From the IMG/VR virus record IMGVR_UViG_3300031576_000018, positions 26,840-90,839 of that record: a stretch of 64,000 bases of DNA, one strand, 5' to 3'. Below, in pieces: positions 1 to 10,159 of this stretch. A program made the translations under genes and the position numbers. Every line of letters begins with the position of its first letter. Position 1 is the first letter of the stretch. Source of the stretch: a virus. Under the pieces are notes generated by a model. The model saw only the letters and a list, made by a program, of their open reading frames with translations. It made no database searches and was not told where the DNA came from.

Positions 1-1305
1 TATATTAACCAACAGAAGCCTGTACCCAAAGCCAAACCAGTTAATTTTGAAACCATAGACGGTACGTTGTACGACCAATACTTATTAGGTCCCCCTGTAC
101 AAGGATTTGATTTGGTCTTTTGGAATGAGGGCATGGGTAATAATCTCGTTACCAACTTTGGTACTGACACAGACGTACCTAATCCTGCTGACCCATTCGG
201 TCTTCCTTCTTTGCCTGGGGATAAAACATCGAACGAAACCATTACTAGCAAGTTAGATTATGGAGACGGTACAGAGGGTGTACGGACGTATAAATCCACA
301 CTGAATGTCAGAGGTGAGTTAACAGAGGAAATTACGCTTGTGGTGCAAGCCAAAGAGGTCAGAGATAAAATTGACGTAACTAAGACAACTACAACACCTC
401 TGAGAACGGTTAAAGAGATTAACCATTATGATATTAAAGGTGTTCTTATTAAGACAGACAAAACGACAACGACTAAGCAAGATGACGTTAACGCTCTACA
501 AGGAACAAATGGAACAAGTACCTTAAGGGAAGAGACAGACGAAAATGGTAAAGTAACACTCACCACGACAACCACTTCTCACGATTCTGATTTCTCCCAT
601 GAAACAACAGAAGAACAAAAGCAAGTGATTACCCCCGGTCTTCCTATTATCTCATTTACTAAAAATATAACCAGGGACTTTAAAAACAATACCCAGGTAA
701 CAGTCTTTACTGAAACCGTTAAGAATACCGATGGTGATGATAAAACAACTACCTGGACAGAAGAACTACCTATCAATGCAAATAAGACAACCTCAGAAGA
801 AATTACAGAAAAAAAAGACGAAGCCATTATTGATGACGTAGTGGTAGGAAGACTGATTACTGAGTACAGACTGTCTGGAGAATTATTAGAGAGAACACAA
901 GCCTTTAAAATAATGAACAAATATATTGAGCATCAACACGCTTGGGCTATGTTTAATTTCTTAGGTCAACAATTAGAACTTGGAGAAAGGTTGGCTCCCA
1001 AAGATAGAAAGTCACTCTTTGAACAACAGATGAGAATCTTTACCGCAGAGCTTTTAGTCGGGGAGACAGAAATTAGGCAAGGACCTGTTCTTGATAGAAT
1101 TGAACTAGAGTGCAACGGAGAAACGCAATTGGGTGTTGTCTTCGCACCTAACGCTGGATTTGATTTAGAGTGGATAGATGGAACAGATGGATATTACCGC
1201 TGGACGATTAATGTTCAAACCTATTCCAATGTGGTTGTAGAAGAACCCGGTGCGATTGGTGAAGATACCTTAGGCGGTGTTTATATTCGATATGAGGAAA
1301 CCTAG
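1..1305 (+). CDS. Putative virion/tail protein, Thr-rich, 5' truncated by window edge
   Basis: Frame is open from base 1 to TAG 1303-1305; Thr-rich beta-type repeats; coupled to the downstream hub-like gene. Confidence 0.5.
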   Translation, partial: YINQQKPVPKAKPVNFETIDGTLYDQYLLGPPVQGFDLVFWNEGMGNNLVTNFGTDTDVPNPADPFGLPSLPGDKTSNETITSKLDYGDGTEGVRTYKSTLNVRGELTEEITLVVQAKEVRDKIDVTKTTTTPLRTVKEINHYDIKGVLIKTDKTTTTKQDDVNALQGTNGTSTLREETDENGKVTLTTTTTSHDSDFSHETTEEQKQVITPGLPIISFTKNITRDFKNNTQVTVFTETVKNTDGDDKTTTWTEELPINANKTTSEEITEKKDEAIIDDVVVGRLITEYRLSGELLERTQAFKIMNKYIEHQHAWAMFNFLGQQLELGERLAPKDRKSLFEQQMRIFTAELLVGETEIRQGPVLDRIELECNGETQLGVVFAPNAGFDLEWIDGTDGYYRWTINVQTYSNVVVEEPGAIGEDTLGGVYIRYEET

Positions 1306-3749
1306 TGGCAGTTAAGTTAACTAAGATAATTCCTGATGCAACGCTGGATAACTGGAGAAAATCAGTCTTTGTAGCCTTAGATATCTTCGATGGGTTGTCG
1401 CCTTCTGTTATTGGCTCATTTAATTTAAACATGAGTCAAAATGGAGGAACGTTTACCCTTGTTCTAGAGAATCAATTTAATTCCCATACGTATGTAAAGA
1501 ACCAATTTGTTACTGTTTTTAGAAGAGGCTCCTTAGAGTACACTGGTACAATCAATGAGTTAATTCCTGGTCGAACAAAGGGCGGTGTAGCGTTAACGAT
1601 TACAGGTACGGTTAACCCACCTGCGATTAAGTACATCAGCAAGTGTACATTTATGTCCAATCAGAAATTTACCGTCCCTGACTTTCCCACAACAACAGCA
1701 TTGGCAAATGACAAGACAGCCTTTGAAGATGACGAAACTATTAAGTTTTTAGGGAATTCTAACTTTTCTCCTACCGTAGCCGAAGTCATGCAGAACATAG
1801 CGGCGTTTAGTGGAGTGGCAATCAATGTTGATCAAGTCATCGAGTTACCACAACAACTTAATTATAAAGTCTACCGCTATGTTTTGGGTGCCAACAATGT
1901 CTTCGATGCCTTAGAAGAACTGGCTAAAGCCTGTGGATGTAATGCGGTTACACGTATGATTTCTCCAGGTGTTTTTGGAGTATTTATTGTAGACCACCAA
2001 CGCAGAGTGTTTAATCATACCTACGAGTTCAGTGACACTTTAGACGGATTAGAACCAGCCTCGACAGTTACTGACTTTACTGGTTTGGTTATTCATGGTT
2101 CTTCGGATATTACGCCTTACAATTCCTCATATGCAGGTGTACCCGAATCAGTAGGAACGATTTCTTTCGAGTCTGGTCCGGTGGCGTTAATCGATTTTTC
2201 AAAAGGTGAGGGTGTTGTACAGAAGCAGGATCAATGGGAATTTCCAGAAGAAGAAACTCAGAATAAATGGTCACAAATTACGATTGACCCAACAGCGGAG
2301 CATACATTTACTGAGATTTCTAGGAATCTTCCAGTTACACAGTGTTGGGATTATAAGTTAGTCAGTGAAAACCCTGTTACTTTTTCTTCGCTGACTAATC
2401 AGTTTTTAAGCAACTTTACCATAACAGGTGTTAACCCATCTGCACCAAAGCCCGATAGTAACGTGCTAACACGAAGAGTGTTTAAGTATTTGGTTTCTTG
2501 GGCAAAGGCTGTCTACACACTCAAGCAAGTAGGAGATATTTACCCAAAGGTTTTAGTTATTCCGAGAGATGCCCCAGATATGGTTGAGCGTTTTGATATT
2601 CCCGATAACGAATTTAATACTAAATTATTCTCCTACAGCGTGTTTGCAGGGAACACCCTTAACGCAAATTTGCCGAGTAAACTTAGTCTTATCACGCCCA
2701 GTGGCTATTCCATCAATGTATTTAAGAATAAAAACTTAACACAAATGGGTTTCACTCAAGACGGGGGTTGCTATATTGGTTTAATTCCAAGGTCACGACA
2801 AGTTTTAGGGTTACCTGTGTACCCACAGTTACAGATGGTACAGACATCGGTCACAGAGATTACAGGGGTTCAGTTTGATACGGTGGATTTTACTTTAGGA
2901 TCAGACGTTGTTGTAGTAACCAGTGCCAATTACGTTGCCGTTGACGGTTTTGTTACTTTAGCTAGTTTTCTTAGAGGGAAAAGAAATCCCAACCTCACTA
3001 CAGAGTATTCAATTGTTAGAGCAACCTCCTCTAAAACGGCTGATCCTAACAACTATACAATTAGAGAAATTCTTGAGGAAACTTTGCCCGATGGCACTCA
3101 GAATAAAGACAAAGCCCTTATAAAAATAGCCAATAAAGCCCGTAAGACAACCACAGGGGATAAGTTCTATTTCGCCAAAGCGGATAGCGTGGGTTTAAAT
3201 CAAGAGTCTCTACGGGAACTAGTTAATCCCAATAACAATAAAGTATTGATTCTGGATTCGGGGGTTGTTCAACAAAATAGAGAAAGCCTAAAAGGAGAGT
3301 GGACGTTATACGGGTTTAGAAGAAAAGTTTATACACCTACTCTTGTGGCTAGCCTGTCTACTCCTGGTATGTATTTTCTATACGACATTGACGATCCCAA
3401 CGACTCGTTAACTAATGCCCAGAAGATAGAACAAGTAGCTGGCTTTAACCCCAGAGAAATAAGTTCATCTCTGATTACAGATTTCTTAGCACCTTTAGAG
3501 TTTTTCACACACCTCTCCCAATTAGCCTTGAAAATTAAAGAAATACTCAACACAGAATACTTTATGTTCTCTCCAACTTTTATGGACAGAGGGCAACCCA
3601 TTCCAGAGGTAGGAGATTCATTAACTATTAACAACGGACTTGCTCAAGGTCAAGCGATTACAAGTAAGGTAATTGGATGGAACCTGAGTGTTTCTAGACA
3701 AGGTGGCTCTAGGATAACAATTAACTGTGGAAGGTTGCCTATCCTATGA
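1305..3749 (+). CDS. Putative baseplate hub / tail-tip protein (gp27/GpD-like)
   Basis: 814 aa; N-terminal FTLVL..YTGTINE and C-terminal PIPEVGDSLTI..KVIGWNLSVS..GSRITI resemble hub proteins; position in tail module. Confidence 0.55.
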   Translation: MAVKLTKIIPDATLDNWRKSVFVALDIFDGLSPSVIGSFNLNMSQNGGTFTLVLENQFNSHTYVKNQFVTVFRRGSLEYTGTINELIPGRTKGGVALTITGTVNPPAIKYISKCTFMSNQKFTVPDFPTTTALANDKTAFEDDETIKFLGNSNFSPTVAEVMQNIAAFSGVAINVDQVIELPQQLNYKVYRYVLGANNVFDALEELAKACGCNAVTRMISPGVFGVFIVDHQRRVFNHTYEFSDTLDGLEPASTVTDFTGLVIHGSSDITPYNSSYAGVPESVGTISFESGPVALIDFSKGEGVVQKQDQWEFPEEETQNKWSQITIDPTAEHTFTEISRNLPVTQCWDYKLVSENPVTFSSLTNQFLSNFTITGVNPSAPKPDSNVLTRRVFKYLVSWAKAVYTLKQVGDIYPKVLVIPRDAPDMVERFDIPDNEFNTKLFSYSVFAGNTLNANLPSKLSLITPSGYSINVFKNKNLTQMGFTQDGGCYIGLIPRSRQVLGLPVYPQLQMVQTSVTEITGVQFDTVDFTLGSDVVVVTSANYVAVDGFVTLASFLRGKRNPNLTTEYSIVRATSSKTADPNNYTIREILEETLPDGTQNKDKALIKIANKARKTTTGDKFYFAKADSVGLNQESLRELVNPNNNKVLILDSGVVQQNRESLKGEWTLYGFRRKVYTPTLVASLSTPGMYFLYDIDDPNDSLTNAQKIEQVAGFNPREISSSLITDFLAPLEFFTHLSQLALKIKEILNTEYFMFSPTFMDRGQPIPEVGDSLTINNGLAQGQAITSKVIGWNLSVSRQGGSRITINCGRLPIL

Positions 3750-3901
3750 TTGTAGACGTGTTGATTAAGTCAATTAATTCCGATGGCACAGTGAATATCG
3801 AATTTCAAGGTGTTGTTGTTCCTAAAGTAGCAGGAAAGCCTAATGTTTCTTTAGGCTCTGCCAAAGCGTTCAAACAAGGCAATTCGTTTAAATTGATATG
3901 A
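3746..3901 (+). CDS. Unannotated 51-aa protein, mini-paralog of the N-terminal domain of the next gene
   Basis: ATGA overlaps at both ends; MIVDVLIKSINSDGTVNIEFQGVVVPKV shares IKSINSDGTVN with 3898..5022. Confidence 0.75.
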   Translation: MIVDVLIKSINSDGTVNIEFQGVVVPKVAGKPNVSLGSAKAFKQGNSFKLI

Positions 3902-5022
3902 CCTTTAACCCGTCAGATGTAAACATAGAAGGTATTACCCCAAGTGGTAAGAGTTTTATTGATGTCTTTACAGAAGGGCTTCGAGAACTTGCAAGGTCTA
4001 GGCAAGATGAGCTTTATCCAGGGGTTATTAAGTCAATCAATTCTGACGGTACGGTTAATGTCTCTGTAAAAGGAACGACAGTTCCAAGATTACCCGTTAA
4101 CGGTCTAGCCAAATTAGGTGGGGATGTTTTAGTAACTGCTCAGAATATGCTTGTTCTCTCTAACCTCCCCAACAAAGTTATTAAGGCATCAAAACTTCCA
4201 GTAACAAAACCTAGACATGTTTTCGCATCGCAAAGGGATATTCCTTTTGAAAGAACGCACAGTGTGTCGATAACTCAAGGGGAGTACTTCTTTGATTTCT
4301 TTCCTACCGCCGCAGGAGATGGGGTTCTTACGGCGTATATGACAATAAACGGTAAGTTGTTAGCCGCTTTAATCAACTATGACTTTCCTGACGCTGTATT
4401 TGATCCTTATCCACACAGAGCGTTGGAAAATTTCTTGAACTACAACCATGACCTACCCCTCCCTCTCATGGCTAACCCACCTGACGCTGTGGATATCCCT
4501 TTAGGGACTAAAACAGTATTCGGTTTCCCCACAGGTGAAGTTGGTACACACACTTTGATTATAGGTGATCCTTTACTAGTTTCTTCTGGTGTATTGGATG
4601 CTTTTGTTATTGGTAGTCAGCTCCCGTCTAACGTCAACCCAATAGGTTCAGGTGAAGGAGCAGGTGTTAGCCCAAATGGGTTAAGTCTTGTAACAGGAAC
4701 ACCATCGTTTGTTCCGGCTCCTTACTTACCATCGCCTGAATCAGGAAGCCTGTTTCATCGAATTGACATTACCCCGTACGTCTCCGTAGGACAGGAAAAT
4801 TGTGGTGTTTTTCAAATAACAACAATTCACAATACGTCCCATTTCGATATTACATTTGATTTTAGAATTGTAAGAAAAGTTAATGGTACAGAGGTTACTA
4901 TTTTGAGTGATAATGATACAATGTTCTACAATAGTGGAACGCCTAGCGAAACTAAAATAGCTTACTTTAGAGAGTTTTGTTTCACAGGTACGACTGTTAA
5001 TAAAGACCCTTCAGATTGGTAG
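3898..5022 (+). CDS. Putative baseplate spike/tail-tip protein with OB-like N-terminal domain
   Basis: GVIKSINSDGTVNVSV..LGGDVLV pattern typical of gp5/gpV-like N-termini; follows hub-like gene. Confidence 0.45.
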   Translation: MTFNPSDVNIEGITPSGKSFIDVFTEGLRELARSRQDELYPGVIKSINSDGTVNVSVKGTTVPRLPVNGLAKLGGDVLVTAQNMLVLSNLPNKVIKASKLPVTKPRHVFASQRDIPFERTHSVSITQGEYFFDFFPTAAGDGVLTAYMTINGKLLAALINYDFPDAVFDPYPHRALENFLNYNHDLPLPLMANPPDAVDIPLGTKTVFGFPTGEVGTHTLIIGDPLLVSSGVLDAFVIGSQLPSNVNPIGSGEGAGVSPNGLSLVTGTPSFVPAPYLPSPESGSLFHRIDITPYVSVGQENCGVFQITTIHNTSHFDITFDFRIVRKVNGTEVTILSDNDTMFYNSGTPSETKIAYFREFCFTGTTVNKDPSDW

Positions 5023-5032
5023 GTAAGAAAGC

Positions 5033-5791
5033 ATGACGGTACCCCAGAATGTTATAGCGTACGCTAAGAAAGAGTTAGGATACGGTGAGTACCCATCGGG
5101 ATCTAATAACTGTAAATTTAACACATGGTACGGAGGAAATGGGTATCCTTGGTGTGCAACGTTTGTTAGCTATTGCTTCTTTATGGCGGGTCTTCCACTA
5201 CCTGCGTCAACACCTAAAGGATTTTCTTACTGCCCTGCTGGTGTTGATTGGTTTAGGAAAAAAAACGCCTATCACACAACACCCGTAGTAGGGGATGTCG
5301 TTTTCTTTGATTGGTATAAGGGAACAGGAAAAAGTGGAGCCTATCATGTAGGTATTGTCTCTGCTGTAAACAACGATGGCACTATCTTAGCCATTGAGGG
5401 TAATACGTCTAACGTTAGTCAAGATAACGGCGGTCAAGTGATGGAGAAAAAGCGATCTCCTGTGAACTATCACGGATTTGGAAGACCAGTATATTCAGGG
5501 AGTACCCCTGTTCTTACGCAGCCCGTTATTTTAGCACCTGTTGAGGGATACCCAGAGTGGGACGGTACTTATTATTACCTAACCTCTCCTAATATGAATA
5601 GAGACAAACTAAAACAGTGGAAACTAAGGATGAAACAGAGAGGTTGGAACATAGATACAGAACCCCTGTCAGTATATGGTGAGTTCTGTGCGAAAGTAGT
5701 TAAAGACTTCCAACTAGAAAAGGGTCTAGAGGCGGATGGTGTTCTAGGACCGCTCACCTGGAAGATGGCTTGGGAAGCACCAATAACATAA
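5033..5791 (+). CDS. Endolysin: CHAP amidase plus C-terminal PG_binding_1 domain
   Basis: PWCATFVS (Cys), HVGIV (His), IEGNT; C-terminal VKDFQ..GLEADGVLGPLTW. Confidence 0.92.
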   Translation: MTVPQNVIAYAKKELGYGEYPSGSNNCKFNTWYGGNGYPWCATFVSYCFFMAGLPLPASTPKGFSYCPAGVDWFRKKNAYHTTPVVGDVVFFDWYKGTGKSGAYHVGIVSAVNNDGTILAIEGNTSNVSQDNGGQVMEKKRSPVNYHGFGRPVYSGSTPVLTQPVILAPVEGYPEWDGTYYYLTSPNMNRDKLKQWKLRMKQRGWNIDTEPLSVYGEFCAKVVKDFQLEKGLEADGVLGPLTWKMAWEAPIT

Positions 5792-5889
5792 TAATGTTCT
5801 ACCATTAAACTATAGCTGTGCTTCGGCTTGATGTCAGGAAACTGACATCTTTTTTGTTTAGTAGTATACTTAAAAAAGAGGTAACTAAA

Positions 5890-6285
5890 ATGGCTCAGCA
5901 ACCTAAAGATTCGAGAAACACCTCCAGTGTTCAAAACATATTAAATGACTCTAGACCAAGTAAGTTGTTGGGTTGGACACAAAATTGTCTACCGAACACG
6001 CAGACGACTATCAATATACCGGTTAATGGGGGGAGCTTCTTCTTTAGCATATTCTTTAAAGACGCGGCAACAACTAATACGGCGGCTCCAGTGTGGATTT
6101 CAGATACTTCAGGCAACGTGCTACCTTCTGCAAACGGCACAGCAACGATAGCTCAGAATGAAAAATCAATTTGGTTTGAAGGTGGAAGATTAACGTTTAC
6201 CGTGGAGAAAGAAATTAAGGCACTTTACGTTTGTCCAGTTGATCCCGCTCAAACGGTAACTGCTCATTTTATAATTGGAGATTAA
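5890..6285 (+). CDS. Hypothetical virion protein
   Basis: ATG 5890 preceded by GAGGT; beta-rich ORF in structural module. Confidence 0.55.
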   Translation: MAQQPKDSRNTSSVQNILNDSRPSKLLGWTQNCLPNTQTTINIPVNGGSFFFSIFFKDAATTNTAAPVWISDTSGNVLPSANGTATIAQNEKSIWFEGGRLTFTVEKEIKALYVCPVDPAQTVTAHFIIGD

Positions 6286-6288
6286 CCT

Positions 6289-7281
6289 GTGTTACTTAAT
6301 ACTACTAATTTTTATACAGGTGGAGGAGAAGGTGGGTCTGGGGCTAGCCCACCAATTCCAGCTATTCCCCCACCCCCTTCAAATTTGCCCGTATTTCCGC
6401 CTACTGTTGGTTTAATGACTTTTTTGGCTATTGGGGACAATGTTTCCATTTTCTATAAGTATAATGCAGGAACACATGAGCAGTACTACCACAACTTCTT
6501 CCTCGTAGACCCCTTCCTAGCGGGTGGGTTTTTGGATTTACCACACACGCCCCTTGTGGTTTCTGAGGTTACGGTTCAGACTGCGGGTGGGGTTGTGTTA
6601 GAGTATGGGGTACACTACACTATTGTATTAGACGGAGCAAACAATCAAAGGAGATTTCTTTGGAATCCTGCCTATGTGATTGCTGGGTTAACCCAGACTG
6701 AGTTTACTGAAATTGCGTTTACTGGATTAGGAGTTGTGGGTGGTTTAAGTTACTTTGACTTACCTTTTATTCCTGCTTACCCCTTACAAACGTACTTACA
6801 ATTTCCTAATGGCACAATTGCAGTTCCTGGGGCTGACTTTACAGTTGTCGAGGATGGTGCAGGAAATCAGAGAAGAATTACTTGGAATCCTCTGTACGCA
6901 GGAACACCTACTCCCAATGGGCTACCCACAGTTGGCTTAATGGTGCTAGCCAATGTGGGGGATACACTGATTGCTTTTTATGAAAAATCAGTGTTGACTG
7001 TTACACAGTCTGTGGAGATAGAAACATTTTTAGTAGACCCTTTCTTAGTTTCTGGGTCTGTTCCTCTTACGTATGCTGTTAGTTCTGCGAGTAATATCTT
7101 GTTACTACACGTTGGGGCTGTGGCTATGAAAATGGGGGTTAACTATAGTGTTGTTAACGACATATCAGCTCAATTGAAACAAGTAACTTGGAATCCAGCA
7201 GTAGACCCAAGTTTGTCCGGTTTAATGAGTTACTTTTCTGCTGGGGATAAAATTATTGCTATTTATAAAAGAACAATTTAG
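6289..7281 (+). CDS. Virion protein with internal repeats
   Basis: Repeated FLVDPFL, WNP and GLM..(V/A/I)GD..I.(F/I)Y units. Confidence 0.55.
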   Translation: MLLNTTNFYTGGGEGGSGASPPIPAIPPPPSNLPVFPPTVGLMTFLAIGDNVSIFYKYNAGTHEQYYHNFFLVDPFLAGGFLDLPHTPLVVSEVTVQTAGGVVLEYGVHYTIVLDGANNQRRFLWNPAYVIAGLTQTEFTEIAFTGLGVVGGLSYFDLPFIPAYPLQTYLQFPNGTIAVPGADFTVVEDGAGNQRRITWNPLYAGTPTPNGLPTVGLMVLANVGDTLIAFYEKSVLTVTQSVEIETFLVDPFLVSGSVPLTYAVSSASNILLLHVGAVAMKMGVNYSVVNDISAQLKQVTWNPAVDPSLSGLMSYFSAGDKIIAIYKRTI

Positions 7282-7301
7282 GACTATAAGAGAGGGTCAC
7301 T

Positions 7302-9080
7302 ATGACAATTTTAAAAGAGAAATCGCTAACAGTGGAGTCTATCCATACAAATAAGAATACGTCGCAGACTGAGCCAGTATCCAGCCTTCCGTATAACACG
7401 TTTTCTACGGGTGCTAATACTAAGCTAGACCTAGGCACTGGTTTTATTACCAATGCTGGAACACCTACTACTGGACAGACTACTCGATTAGCCAACGTCC
7501 AGTTCGTGCTTGACCAGATTGCGTTAGCTGCTACTACGGGTGGTCAGATGAAAGAGGCAGTCTTATGTGCCGGTCAGCTAGATAATACAGAAGGTATTCT
7601 TCCTGCTTTTGGGTTTTATATCACAGGTAGTATTGGTGCGGCACACGCAGGCACCATTATAGGGTTTGATTCTAGTGCAACCGCTGCCATAACTTTTAAA
7701 GAAACAGCTACTCCTTCTGTAGATGGGGATTGGTCTAAGGTTAACGGTAACGCGGTTACTTCTATGACTAACCTTGTTACAGCTATGAACGCCCACCCAA
7801 CATTTTCAGCCGCCTATGTTGCTGATTTTAGACCACAGCCAGAGCTTAATACTATCGGTGCGGGCGCTGGTGTTATTGTTATCTATGCTAAGGCACAGGC
7901 GACAACACAAATGAGGATATGGGCAACTATTAACACATCTAATATATTTCAGGTAATTAGTTATATAGCTGAGGCGAACTATGAGTATCCCAACGCAAAT
8001 TTTTTAGCTGCGGCTACATCAGACCCCGGTGTAGCGGGCTACCAAGGATTCTCTAGAGATGTGGCTTCTCTTTTGGAACCAGAAGTTCACGCTACTTTAG
8101 CTGAAAACTCTTGGCATTCTTGGGATACTGACGATCAGGTTTGGAATTTTATGGCTTCGTTCTCCCATGGTATTCCTTTTGGTAATGATGGAACACCCGG
8201 TATCGTAGCTCCCAAAGAGAAGCAGTTCACAGTTAATCAAACTACAGGGGAACTAATTATTAACTTGGGGGATGGTTTAATCGAGTCACCTTCTGAAGAC
8301 TACGTGCAAGTGGATCTTGAGGCTCCAGGTGCAGGTACCGGTGGTCTCGAGTTTAATGGTTTAGGCATAGGACTAAAGAAAATTAAGGTTAGCACAGATG
8401 AAGCAAGGGGTCTTTCTCTAACTGATAACGGACTTGGTTTAGATATTGGAACGGATACAGGACTCCTTTTTAATGCTAACGCTTTAGAGGTTGCTCCTGG
8501 TGATGGTATAGCCCTTAGTGCTAATGGAGTAGATGCTGATTTAGAAGCAGTTGCTACTGGAAGTTTGGAATTTTCAGGTTCTAGCCCTAATAAGAAGATT
8601 CGTGCGGCTGTAGAGGCCGCTGGGGTTGGGGTAGGGGGTCTTAAAAGAAATGCGACAGGGTTGGCTCTCAACTTTGAGGCAGCAGGGGTGGCTACTGGAG
8701 GTATTTCGTTAACGGCTAACGGTGCGGCTGTCCTTGTAGATGGCACGACTGTTACTAAATCCGCTTCTGGTCTATCGGCTAATCGAGCAGCTTTGTCGCC
8801 CAAGAATCATGTGATCACACTAACAGGTACGGATATAACCAATCAATGGGTTGCTTTACCTGCTGCCGCTTTATCGGCTAATAGTGTATGGGTGGTTCCT
8901 CTTGGGGGTGTTGCTCAGGAACTGGGTGTGGACTTTACAATATCTGGTATACTAGTCACAGACTTTGACAAGCTAGCTTTTGGTACTACTGCCGGGTTGT
9001 TTTCTAACCCCTCTGCTAACGGGTTAAGTTCTCTGCTAGCTTCCGGTGATAAGATTTTAGTTTTCTACGCACATGCGTAA
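7302..9080 (+). CDS. Putative tail fibre protein with Gly-rich shaft repeats
   Basis: GDGL/GLEF/GLxL repeats of beta-spiral-like shaft type; C-terminal domain shared with upstream gene (GLSSLLASGDKILVFY). Confidence 0.65.
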   Translation: MTILKEKSLTVESIHTNKNTSQTEPVSSLPYNTFSTGANTKLDLGTGFITNAGTPTTGQTTRLANVQFVLDQIALAATTGGQMKEAVLCAGQLDNTEGILPAFGFYITGSIGAAHAGTIIGFDSSATAAITFKETATPSVDGDWSKVNGNAVTSMTNLVTAMNAHPTFSAAYVADFRPQPELNTIGAGAGVIVIYAKAQATTQMRIWATINTSNIFQVISYIAEANYEYPNANFLAAATSDPGVAGYQGFSRDVASLLEPEVHATLAENSWHSWDTDDQVWNFMASFSHGIPFGNDGTPGIVAPKEKQFTVNQTTGELIINLGDGLIESPSEDYVQVDLEAPGAGTGGLEFNGLGIGLKKIKVSTDEARGLSLTDNGLGLDIGTDTGLLFNANALEVAPGDGIALSANGVDADLEAVATGSLEFSGSSPNKKIRAAVEAAGVGVGGLKRNATGLALNFEAAGVATGGISLTANGAAVLVDGTTVTKSASGLSANRAALSPKNHVITLTGTDITNQWVALPAAALSANSVWVVPLGGVAQELGVDFTISGILVTDFDKLAFGTTAGLFSNPSANGLSSLLASGDKILVFYAHA

Positions 9081-9093
9081 GTAGGAGTTTAGT

Positions 9094-9363
9094 ATGTCTA
9101 AGGTTAGACCTAAATCATTGCTAGGGGCTTCCCCAACATTGGGGGGGATTCTAGCTGTTCCCTCTTCAGATGCTACCCAATTTCAAGAGATTGACCCTGC
9201 TTCGCTAGGTTCTACCGTGGATATTAGCCCAAGTGCTAACCTTACGTCTAATGGCAGCGATACTTCGGAAATTCAGGCAGGTGCGACTGCTAAGGCTAAC
9301 TTTGGGGCAACAACCTTAGCCTATACGCCACCATCAGGGTACAATGCGGGGGTTTATGTTTGA
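9094..9363 (+). CDS. Short tail-fibre-like protein
   Basis: RBS AGGAG; N-terminus MSKVRPKSLLG resembles MAKLSSKQIVG of the 10159 gene. Confidence 0.5.
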   Translation: MSKVRPKSLLGASPTLGGILAVPSSDATQFQEIDPASLGSTVDISPSANLTSNGSDTSEIQAGATAKANFGATTLAYTPPSGYNAGVYV

Positions 9364-10159
9364 TCTTTGTCATAAATTTTCATTTCCAGATTTAAACGTA
9401 ACCCTTTATAGGCATTATAGGGATGGCTTTCTTGATCTTCTGGGCAACGTAGAACATTGGAAGAGTGTTATTGACCAGTTATTTTTTCAAAACCCCAATA
9501 AGGAACTGTGGTCCGGTGTGCAAATTCATGTATGGGATATTAAACATCCTAAGCTCAAGGAGTACGCTGAACAAAAGAAAGCTCACCTTCTCGATATAGA
9601 TTTTGATAAAGCAGGTGATCAATCTGCTGTCGGGCTTTACTTTGGTGCGGATGGTAAGGAGATTGCTTTAGGTGTCTGGACTGATTGTTCTTATGTGGGT
9701 TACCACCCGTATGAGTGGTCTTCTCTGGCATTGTCACATGAGCTCGGTCATCTTGTTCAAGACCTGTGCCAGTTAAATGAAGGCAGAACAGAGACAATTT
9801 ATAAACTTCTTTCTAGTCAGTGGGAAACGCTCAGACCAAAAAAGACTGAAAACGTTTATGAAGATTTTGCAGAATGTTACCGTGCTATCTTAGGGGATAA
9901 TCGAGTGAGGGGTTCTTATTCAGACGGTGTTTCTTTTCCTAACGCAGGTAAAGTGATTACATTTGTAACCCTGTGCTATTGGCTATCTACTAATTTAAGG
10001 AACAAAGAAATTTCTCAGCTAACCATTCAGGACTCTTGGATTGAGTGGGTTGAGGTGTCTTGGTTTTGGATATTTTCATTCAAAACAAGGTATGCTATTA
10101 ATAGGAACGTGGAGATGTTTAAAGATCAGAATATGAATTTTTCTTGGAGAAAGATGTAA
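9356..10159 (+). CDS. Zinc metallopeptidase-like protein (zincin)
   Basis: LSHELGH (HExxH) plus downstream YEDFAE; alternative start 9344. Confidence 0.7.
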   Translation: MFDLCHKFSFPDLNVTLYRHYRDGFLDLLGNVEHWKSVIDQLFFQNPNKELWSGVQIHVWDIKHPKLKEYAEQKKAHLLDIDFDKAGDQSAVGLYFGADGKEIALGVWTDCSYVGYHPYEWSSLALSHELGHLVQDLCQLNEGRTETIYKLLSSQWETLRPKKTENVYEDFAECYRAILGDNRVRGSYSDGVSFPNAGKVITFVTLCYWLSTNLRNKEISQLTIQDSWIEWVEVSWFWIFSFKTRYAINRNVEMFKDQNMNFSWRKM

